Assembly (NCBI GenBank): GCA_951406725.2
Contig: OX597818.1
Coordinates: 94,302,001-94,366,000, forward strand
Reading direction: 5' to 3'
Source of the DNA: Octopus vulgaris
Lineage: Eukaryota
DNA: 64,000 nucleotides
Below are positions 52,840-64,000 of this stretch, in pieces (positions within the stretch are counted from its first letter, which is position 1; each line of letters begins with the position of its first letter). The translations under genes and the position numbers were made by a program. The notes beneath the pieces are model-generated. The model ran no database searches, was not told where the DNA came from, and saw only the letters and a list, made by a program, of their open reading frames with translations.

Positions 52840-53140
52840 AACTTACTTGGAAAAAGATGCCTGGTGTTTGATCATATAATAATATAAATAATATATAAAT
52901 ATATGCATATATACATACATTTATATACATACTTACATATATATTTATATATACATGCATATATGGGTACAGGATATCAAAAAAATGTAGAACACAACGA
53001 GAAACGGAAACATAGAAACAAAAACAAGAAAACAACTTTTTTTGAAACAACAAAAAAAACCCAGAGAAACGAGACATGCAACATAAAGAATATTCCCCTT
53101 CTTCAGTTGTCCTTGTTTCATCTACTCTGCATTTCGAAGG
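52835..53140 (-). mobile_element. Solo terminal repeat of the Penelope/retrozyme-like family
   Basis: Minus strand CCTTCGAAATGCAGAGTAGATGAAAC...ACTGAAGAAGGGG...CCTGTACCCATATATGC...TTCCAAGTAAGTTTTATC. Confidence 0.6.
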
Positions 53141-53649
53141 CATATATATATATGTGTGTATACATACACACAAACACGCACATACACATGCATACATACA
53201 CACAAACACACACTCAAACAAACATACACATATATATATACACACAGTGTGTCAGCTCCTTCTTCTAACTTATTCTTTTCACATTACTTTTCAGCTTAAT
53301 AAAATAAACTATTAAGTTGACTCAACAAATAAAAAGGCTCACTGAAATTGATGCCTTAAAAGCACATCATAGTGATACAGAGATAGCTTGATTCCTGAAA
53401 GGTGCCAGATCCTTTGTTTTCAAAGCTGGGAAGGAGCTGGAAGCTGATCACAAAGCCCCAACGTTGGTAGTTAAATGCAAAACACATGCATAGGGTCCTA
53501 ATAAAATCAGAACACATAACTTTGTACAAAGAGTCCAAGAAATATAGATAAAAAAAAAACCCCCAGAAAACCAATCAGAGCCATTGCTAGGGACTTGAAG
53601 ATTTCAAAATGTTCCATCTGAAGAGATGTGCATAAGGACAGCTGGTATG

Positions 53650-54370
53650 AATTGTGTTTGATGTGGAGGGTCAGTTTATATTGGATGTGACAAGAGAGAA
53701 TTGTTTAATTTACTTTCAGCTCCTCCTTTTGCTAAATACATCTGATATCTATCTTTTCTTACTATTTGGTATTGTTCTTTGCTACTCCAACTTCTTCCGG
53801 TCTTTCCAGGACATTGTCTTAACCTTTATGGTTCTATCTACAGAACTATCCCACCACCATCTTTTTGCTGTAACCTTATACCAGCCTAGATCTGGTCTGT
53901 CACTCTCTGTAAGTTTTCCCACAAGAGCTTCTTGTTGTCCTCTATGTTGTAATTTTTTAAAAAAATCTACTCTACCTCATCACATGCACCACTTAATTCA
54001 TTTCTAAACCTGCTGTTATTTCATAGTGCTACCAGTTTCTATGTATCCTTTCTCCAAATTGGCTTTTAGCCTCCAAGTCCACCTAATTCTTAAGACCGCT
54101 AATCACTAATCTCTGTGGAATGGTACATTCTTCTCCAGGGAATGACCTAACATTTACAACTGTCTGCTTATCTCATTCCTTGGTGAGAATAAAGTTTGTC
54201 CACCTGTGTGTTTATCTGACTGGCTGGAGATCAGATGGTAGCCAGTTTCTTGTGTATTACAAATGGTTAAGTCATTTTCATCACAAAACTCTAGGATCCT
54301 AAATTTTCTCCTTCTTTCAGCTATCATAATTATAGCCAATGTGTATGCTCAAGAAACCCTTGTGATGATG
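53650..54370 (-). mobile_element. Decayed RTE LINE fragment (end of APE domain and linker)
   Basis: Minus strand RILEFCDENDLTICNT, VRSFPGEECT, GWYKV..RWWWDSSVDRTI. Confidence 0.7.
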
Positions 54371-54583
54371 TTTGAAGTGTCTATTAAGAATTCCCAGTTG
54401 TTCATTTTGGAAGCAGATTGCAGAAAGATAATATAAAAGTAGTCATTCTGTTAATATGTCAACCTTGGTTATGGAATATAAACAAAGATAAATGTCACTG
54501 TTACGTTGTCCAAAACTAGGCTATGCGCAGTTAATCTGACACTCACAATACGTGTATGAATATGCACACATGCATGTATATGT

Positions 54584-54647
<64 letters not shown>

Positions 54648-55436
54648 TTGTATATGTATGTATGTATGTATGGAAATATATATAGCAAAATTGAGTTAAG
54701 GGAAATAACACAGAATTGGCCAGTGGGAACAAAGGGAAATAAAGATATATTAAATATCATACAAGATAAATTCTTGATGTACTGAGATTATCTTCACTCT
54801 CAGAGAAGGTAAAACAAATGCCTGAAGGCAATTGCAACCAATTTCAAATGAAAAGGGGAGATAATCATAATTGATAATTCTCTGGAAATCTCTGGAATAC
54901 ATACATGCCATATGTGTGCATATATGTGTTCATGTACATACAAAACATGCAAATATAAGTATGTGTACACATTCACATACACTTGTGTAAACTCACATGA
55001 ATTAAGTTTATTGCTGATACACTTGGGATTCATCTTGAAATCCATGTTTCCATTCAAACAAACCCAAAATGCAAATAGAAAGCATTTTCATGAAAGAAGA
55101 TTAAAGTTAGAGCACCCGGTGGGATTTGAACTGACATCTCTTTGTTGATACCTTAGTGTAATTACCAGCCCATACGGCACATCTGCTAGGATGAAGACAA
55201 TCTCAAATGATTGATGTGGGCTTGCATGAAAGCATTATTCGCAACAGCTTGATTCTGTTGAGAATATACAGTTTTGTAATAATTACATCTAGACACTGAC
55301 TGGATGCACGTGTATACATATGTATGTGTGTGTATGTGTGTGTGTGTGTGTATATATACATACACATATATGATACCTTGTATGTCTATACATGTATCAT
55401 ACACGCACATATATATATATAAATAATGTATATATA

Positions 55437-55484
<48 letters not shown>

Positions 55485-56075
55485 GTGTTGAGTGTTTGAG
55501 ATACACTAAATGCATACATTTTTAATCTTCTTTGATATACCTACATCATGTCTATAAAATTTCTTTTTGCTTAAATGTATTTACCCCCTCCACACACATA
55601 CATGCATACACACACATACATGCATACACGCGCGCATACAAGCACCCCCTGACACACACACATACATACACACACACTCAAAGTTAGTCTTAAGCCCAGA
55701 GGTACTTTAACCTGGATCTTATCCTGGTTTCTATAGTGTTTATGAGTCTGATAACACAAAACTCCCTTGTGAATGGGATGTCAGTTTATTGTAGTTATTA
55801 ACTGCCACTGGTACCTTCTTTTTTAGTTGCATGGATTGCAGCAATGTAAAAGGAATAGCATTGCTCAAGGACACAAAATGTTTCCTGGTTTGGAAATGGA
55901 GCTCATGACATACTAATGATTTAAACCCCAAAATCCAAATCAATTAAATTCATATCCATACATGTACTTACACACACACATGTTAAATGATGATGATTAA
56001 ATGAGGCTGATGATATGTGTGTGTGTATACACACACACACACACGAATGTATATATATATATATATATATATACA

Positions 56076-56442
56076 TGCTAAATGCCCCACCCCGTCCAAT
56101 GAACGGTGCTGAGTTGTCAAACATTTAAGCCAAATCTTTTCAAAACAACTTGTCTGACCATCCCATTTTGTGGCATTATTTCAAGCCAGCTGGCTTTTTT
56201 TGTGCAAGCTGCATGTGCATTTTTCTCGCATATGCATAGTATTGATCACAACAGCTGATGTACTTGAGCATACAAATGCACATTCCCACGGCTTTATCGA
56301 TCGCATTCTCACCTGGAATCGATTTTTGTAATGTTTTCAAGACTTATACACGCCCTGATACCGTCGATATCTACATATCAAATTTGAGCACAATCAGATG
56401 GAGGATGCCCGAGATCCTAGAACACACACACAGAACAGATTT

Positions 56443-56450
<8 letters not shown>
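56076..56450 (-). mobile_element. Possible non-autonomous Helitron-like element
   Basis: One end ...CAAATTTGAGCACAATC.GATG...CACACACAGAACAGATTTTATATAAT resembles invertebrate non-autonomous Helitron termini; small hairpin CCGT[CCAATGA]ACGG near the other end; canonical CTAG not seen. Confidence 0.35.
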
Positions 56451-56495
<45 letters not shown>

Positions 56496-56581
56496 AAGGG
56501 TAAAATTAATTAATTAGTAATTAATAATTTTACCAAGTAGTGTTCAATATGTAAAAGGACCATTTACAGTATATTTAAAAC

Positions 56582-57061
56582 ATTACTTTATATAATTAGG
56601 GTTCAGTAAAAAGATTTACTTTACCACACACCGAACTTTTAGAAATAGCAGCCAAAGAATTTAGCTATTTCCTTTACTATAAGAAGAGTCTCCCAGACAA
56701 TGTATACTCAAAGACAATTCACGTAGGTATAGAGGGAAAAATAATGAAAGATCACTCATACATCGATTACTTGAGAACGCCGTTTCTGGGTTAGTTAGAT
56801 ATAGAGATGCTAGAAATACATACCTATATCAACATTCCTGTCATAAGCCCAATATTTCATTAAGTTTAAATTTGATGTAATTGATGTACGAGTGATCTTT
56901 CGTTATTTTTCCCTCCATACCTACGTGAATTGTTTTTGAGTATACATTGTCTGGGAGACTCTTCTTATAGTAGAGGAAATTGCTAAATTCTTTGGCTGCT
57001 ATTTCTAAAAGTTCGGTGTGTGGTAAAGTAAATTTTTTTACTGAACCCCGATTATATAAAG

Positions 57062-57065
<4 letters not shown>
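56582..57065. repeat. Inverted repeat, about 190-bp arms, about 106-bp spacer
   Basis: 56582-56770 is the near-identical reverse complement of 56877-57065. Confidence 0.92.
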
Positions 57066-57110
<45 letters not shown>

Positions 57111-57175
57111 TATATTGTGCATGCTAATATCAAACAGTGAGAATGTGTGCTCAACACTGCGTTGGTGAATAAATA

Positions 57176-57361
57176 TTTATTTGTAGGTTAACAAGGATAC
57201 CATTGGCTTCATGCCAAGAGAAATTTCTCAGCAATTATCAAGCCTGTAGCATGGAACATTGGATGGAGACGAGTACCAGCATTCCATGTGTCAGGGTTGA
57301 TAACTGTTGAGAAATTCTCTCAGCATGAAATCAATGGTAGTCTTGTAAACCTACAAATAAA
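57176..57361. repeat. Imperfect hairpin, about 88-bp arms
   Basis: TTTATTTGTAGGTT.ACAAG..TACCATTG / CAATGGTA..CTTGT.AACCTACAAATAAA. Confidence 0.8.
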
Positions 57362-58730
<1,369 letters not shown>

Positions 58731-58761
58731 AATGCAGCTATGACCCAACTCAAAAAAGAGT

Positions 58762-59120
58762 TCATTAGGCCAATGTACGCCCCCACACTGCAAAGATCAC
58801 ATCACAGAAGATCGAAGAGCTTGGTTGGGAAAAAATTCCTCATCCACCTTATTCTCCTGACCTTGATCCTTCAGACTACCATTTGTTTCATAGTTTACAG
58901 AATCATTTGGGGGACATAACTTTCGCAAGCCAGGAGGAGGTTGAAACTGACATTTCAGAGTTCTTCACTTTGAAACCAAAAGAGTTTTACATTGATAGGA
59001 TTAAAAAGCTTGTAAATAGATAATCAAGGAAAGTACATTGATGATTAAAATTTCAATTAAATATAACATTTGATCACTTGTTTTCTTTATTCAAAATTTG
59101 AACAGAACTTATGGGATGAC
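58762..59120 (+). mobile_element. mariner (DD34D) transposase 3' fragment with terminus
   Basis: H*(D>A)NVRPHTAKITSQKIEELGWEKIPHPPYSPDLDPSDYHLF, 34-residue spacing; end GAACTTATGGGATGAC. Confidence 0.88.
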
Positions 59121-59914
59121 ACACATACACATTCCAGGTTAAATTATTCATAATTGGTGGTTCCCAATGTTAATCTATACTATTTTCACTTATTTTTACT
59201 GAGTATCCTTATAATTGTTTTTTAAGTACCTTTTATATTGTTCATGTAAAATTAAAAATAAATTTTTTACAGCTTCTGGTTCTCATTTTTTCAGACATCA
59301 TCCTGGGATTCAGCTATTTCATCATCAGTGATGTTTTCATGAAGCCATTAGGTGTTTCCAGTCTTCCAATATCAAACACCAGTATCTAGGTGGCCTAGCT
59401 GGGATTAATCAAGCCCCAGCTTGCCTCCTTTTACTGCTGCCCTTGGTAGCACCACCCCTTCCAAGATTTGCACCTCCTGATCCACAGGTATCTTGAAGCA
59501 ACTTTTCCTGCATCCACAACCAAACCTGATGGCCTTTTACCTCAAAGCATAAATCTGAAGTGAGTATAATGAAAGTGTAGAGGGATCTGAATAGAAGTAG
59601 TACCTTTTGGTGTATGGCAGCTGCATCTTACCAGGAATGATCAGGTGGACAGGCATCACTAGTTCTCATTCAGCTCCTTACCTGTCACTTGATGGCTCCT
59701 AGCACCACACCCTGGTACTCCACTTCAGCTTGTGGGTTAAACCAGGTGAGGGAATGGTGTTAACATTGCATTAGTAGGTGAGAGACACTGGCTAAGGCTT
59801 CCCAAGGAAACATGCTCAGGTCAATGGTCTAGTATTCAGAGCCAAGGCATGTCTTAAGTAGAGGCATATGGTTGCAGCTTGGAGAGAAACAGGTGCCTGG
59901 ATTGATTATTGCAC

Positions 59915-60066
59915 TTGTTAACATCAAAGCGTGGACATGCCTCAATTTTGCCAACTCACAGAGGGCAGTGGAAAACTGAGAAAAGTGGCAAAATTTGGTT
60001 GTGATGTTATCAACAAATGCCAAACTCTCAACATCCGCATGGTTAATGGATAGGATGGAAGGATAA
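59915..60066 (+). mobile_element. RTE LINE extreme 3' end (third type)
   Basis: NIKAWTCLNFANSQRAVEN*EKWQNLV resembles the RTE terminal motif NIKEWTG....QRA.E.R..WR. Confidence 0.55.
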
Positions 60067-61517
60067 TGAATGTCAGAAGATGTTTAAAAAAACATTACAC
60101 TTAAATGTATAACTGCTCCTGACTTGGTTTGAAAAATAGAGAGAGAAAAATAAGTAACAGATTTACATAGTACTGAGATCAATATGATTGACTAAACTCT
60201 TGAAGGTGATGTCTCAGCAGAGCTGCAGTTCATGAAATGAGTAAAATATTTAAGAATATCAATGCGTTTGTGAGTTCATATATGTGTTCATGTATGCGTA
60301 TGTGTATGTATGTGTGTGTGTGTGTATGTGTGTGTGTGTGTGTGTGCAAGTATTTGTATGTGTATCAGTGAGAAAATGAATTAACCATTGCTTTTAAACT
60401 ATTTGCACAACAGATGTAGTTGCAACAAACAAAACTCAACACGTGACTTAGCATTTTATAATATTGATAAACTGCAGTTTGTGTGTTGCATATGTGTATA
60501 TATGTATAAAAATTTAAAAAAATAAAAATATAGCTATTCAATTAATATAAAATAGTTTTTCATATGTTAGGTATGAGAAGTGGTGAGTCCTGATTTAAAT
60601 TAGCTAGCAATACATAACAGGTTTAAAATGTCAACATTTGATGAGAGCATGGTTTTACATATGAGTATGAATACCAGTTCTTTCTAAAAGTTACACATGA
60701 CCAAAGCAGATAATTTCACTTTGGTATAAATGAGAGAAGCTAAAACATTTTTGTTAATTTTTTTATTTATTTATTTATTTTGCATGATTATTCAGCTTGA
60801 AAACAGGCCTAATGGTTTAGACAAGCTGAAAAGAGAGTGCCATGATGAAGACTGAAAAAAAAACCCAACAAAAAGCTCCATTGGTTTCTGTGGTACTTTG
60901 AAGGAAGAGAATGAAGGAAACGTTAAAACAGCTTGCTCCTGGTTAACAGCTCGGTAACACACGAATGATCCACTCTATGGTTACACAATTGCATATAAAA
61001 GGCATTCATATAGAAAGTGAAAGGGTAAATCAATTCAGTCTTCTATAATAACGTTAGCTTGGAATAGTCGATTATTTGGGTTAGTTCATTTCTTGCATAA
61101 TTTTAACTTCCATCATGGGAATAATAAGGAATGTTCAATCCATGACACTGATGGTTCAAAATTGAGTTGCAAAACACTATTGATAAATAAATTTTATTCA
61201 AAATAAGATTGCAGTTTTAGCAGCAAAGCCCATGTATTTTTCAATATTTCTTTTTTCCACTTCAAAAGTGTGAGGGATTATTTTCACCATCACCACACTA
61301 GCAAATTGGCTCCAGATCCTACAGTCAAAGAATAGATGTGTCATTGGTTATTGCTGGTTCTCATTTAAATAAACTGGAAATAAAATATATTAGGCTAAGT
61401 CCATATCATTAGTATGCACTTTTTTCTTTTATCATAAGCAATTCACTACAACACACACACAAGCACGTATGCAAGCTTGCATATATATATATATATTTAT
61501 ATATATACACACACATG

Positions 61518-61554
<37 letters not shown>

Positions 61555-61694
61555 TCATTCATTTGAAGCATAAACATTGCTCCTCTAATGTTCTGACTTG
61601 TGTATTTTTATCTCATTCTTCAAGATGACTGGAAGAAAGGGATAAAAATGAGAAACTTGGAGTAATGATGGAACGAATCTTCAGTTTCATGTAT

Positions 61695-62153
61695 GCATGG
61701 CTGTATGGTTAAGAAGTTTACTTTCTAACCACATGATTTCAAAATCAGTCCTCCTTCATGGCATCTTGGCCAAGTGTCTTCTAGTGTAGCCTGAGCCAAT
61801 CAAAACCTTGTGAGTGGATTTGGTTGACAGAAACTGAAAGAAAGGCAGCGAGCTGGCAGAAACGTTAGCACGCTGGGCAAAATGCTTATTGGTATTTCGT
61901 CTGCTGTTACATTCTGAGTTCAAATTCCACCGAGGTTGACTTTGCCTTTCATCTTTTCGGGGTCGATAAATTAATATATATATATATGTGTGTGTGTGTA
62001 CATATAGGCTAAGTCCATATCGCTTACCAACAACATGGTTCCAGGTTCAGTCCCACTGCGTGGCACCTTGGGTAAGTGTCGTCTACTATAGCCTTGGGCC
62101 AACCAAAGCCTTGTAAGTGGATTTGGTAGACAGAAACTGAAAGAAGCCCGTCG

Positions 62154-62203
<50 letters not shown>

Positions 62204-62410
62204 TTGTATCTGTGTTTGTCCCCCCAACATTGCTTGACAACTGACGGTGATGTGTTTACATCCCCATAACTTTGCAGTTCGGCAAAAGAGACCGATAGAA
62301 TAAGTACTAGGCTCACAAAGAATAAGTCCAGGGTTGATTTCCTCGACTAAAGGCAGTGATCCAGCATGACTACAGTCAAATAACTGAAACAAGTAAAAGA
62401 GTAAAAGAGT
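61695..62410 (+). mobile_element. SINE cluster: family A 5' half (61695-61841), family B (61842-61972), family A (62022-62410)
   Basis: Direct homology to other copies in the window. Confidence 0.85.
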
Positions 62411-62612
62411 ATATATATATATATCAAATGAATAATGACACATGATGAATAATTGTCCAGTGAAGGTTGGCTTGTGGTATACAGATGTCCTGATCTCATG
62501 CTCAGTGTGTGCTATTAATATGTCCAGGAATGCCAGCTGATTGTCTTTTCCTTTTCCATTGTGAATTGTATGGATGGCAGTAGTACTTTGGTTGGGTTCA
62601 AAATTCCATCAG

Positions 62613-62655
62613 AACACCTGCTGAAGGCTGGAGAGTACACCAGCCGAAACATGAT
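62613..62655 (+). ncRNA. Hammerhead ribozyme-like motif (degenerate)
   Basis: CTGCTGA-A-GGCTGG[AGAGTACA]CCAGCC-GAAAC: perfect 6-bp stem II; stem I/III decayed. Confidence 0.5.
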
Positions 62656-62779
62656 AACAACAAACAAGATGGGGACATCTGTTGAGGACGTCCATTGTAA
62701 ATAATATATATAATTCCTTATCTCAAAAATATAAAATAGTAATATCAATCTGATTCAGTTCTACATGGGTATGTAGGAC

Positions 62780-63130
62780 ACATCCATCTCATCTGCCCCC
62801 AAACATCTGATTTGATGAACATGTCCTACATTGAGCTGACTCAAACTATAATCAAATATATATACATATTAACATACAGTTGGTACACACTTAACATACA
62901 GTTGGTACATCCCTGAGGCAAGCTCTGTCAAGGAAAAATACCACAGAGATCACTGTGGGGTGCACAGTCACCAACTGCTCCATCAACGACATTAAAATTT
63001 GAGGGCATATGTAGTATACAAGGTAATCTGCAATAAATGTGGTGCATCCTACATAGTGAGCACCACTAGGAAACTATGCATCTGTATAAAGGAGCATATA
63101 CAGACAGACACCTCTATAAAGAAATGCCTT
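62780..63130 (+). mobile_element. Penelope-like GIY-YIG endonuclease fragment
   Basis: From 63011: VVYKVICNKCGASYIVSTTRKLCICIKEH (VVY..C..C...YIG.T.R.L..R..EH pattern); upstream GTSLRQALS. Confidence 0.75.
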
Positions 63131-64000
63131 AGGAAGTGCCTTAGGAAGTGCCTTTCATCCTTTCGGGGTCGATAAATTAATTACTAGTGGGGTCAATGTA
63201 ATCAACTTATCTCTGCACCTGAAATTGCTGGCCTGTGGCTATAGTAGAAAGAATTATTATTATTAGCATTATCATTATTAATATTATCAATGTTACCACT
63301 GGTCATATTATCATAGTAATTATCACTATCATTAGGATGGCTGTTAGCCATAGCATTAGGACCACCATCAATAGTATTCTCATGAAGGGTAGTATTATGG
63401 CTGTTGTTGGCATTTCCATTACTAGGCTTAATATTAATGTCAACGTTATGGCAGATGTACTTATTATTATTATTATTCTTATTATTATAATCATTTTTAT
63501 TATATTTATTATTCTCCTTAGGAGTGTTATGTGTTTATTAGATGAGGCTATGGTGGATTTAATATTAGGCAGTGAGGTGTAGGATAATTTGAGGGTGGAT
63601 CAATTAAAGATCAAGTGGTACTTATGGTAGGGAGGAAAGTTGGAATTGATGATATTGGAAAAAAAGGGTGGGTAAGCCCTTAACATTTAAGGAGAAGGGC
63701 GGAGTATACCAAAGTAGGGTTCTCTCTGCCATTTTTATTAGGTAACCTCATGGGTGCAGAATCATGTTTTTATCTAAGAAATAGTGATATATCTTTAGAA
63801 CAACAGTAGAGAATTACATGCTGAGATTTAAAAAAAAGTTTTGTACATTTTCCCTGATTTGCTAACAAAATAAATTTGCAGAACACAAATTTGGTGGGCG
63901 TGTAAAAACATTAAATTATCCAGACTTTTACTTAAACACTCAATAACATAAACGAATGCATTAATAATTACAGATAAACATTATAACATTTGTAATATGA

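Noticed and set aside
60797-60856. Segment encoding LENRPNGLDKLKRECHDED* after a T-rich acceptor
   Set aside because: Too short, no recognisable homology, no upstream exon identified
63235-63582. 115-aa Ile-rich hydrophobic ORF as a membrane protein
   Set aside because: Degenerate (ATT)n tail following a SINE B fragment; non-ATG start

Overview
Eukaryotic, AT-rich, repeat-saturated non-coding DNA (intron or intergenic). The mix of tRNA-derived SINE families, (TA)n/(CA)n/triplet microsatellites and LINE types points to a coleoid cephalopod, most likely Octopus (inference from recalled repeat families, not a database hit). No intact host protein-coding gene, rRNA, tRNA or CRISPR array is supported, and nearly all listed ORFs are microsatellite translations or transposon fragments. 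Recognisable elements: decayed RTE LINEs (two families), CR1-group and R4/NeSL-type (RLE) LINE fragments, Penelope-like GIY-YIG fragments, Tc1, mariner DD34D, maT DD37D and pogo/Tigger remnants, MITEs and many SINEs. The most notable observations are (1) a C4HC3 PHD-type finger inserted inside the reverse transcriptase of an RTE family (two copies); (2) non-autonomous Penelope-like (retrozyme-like) units with tandem/inverted terminal repeats, variant minimal hammerhead ribozyme motifs and a conserved ATG-mini-exon/GTAAGT donor; (3) about eight long DNA palindromes, most lodged in (TA)n tracts.
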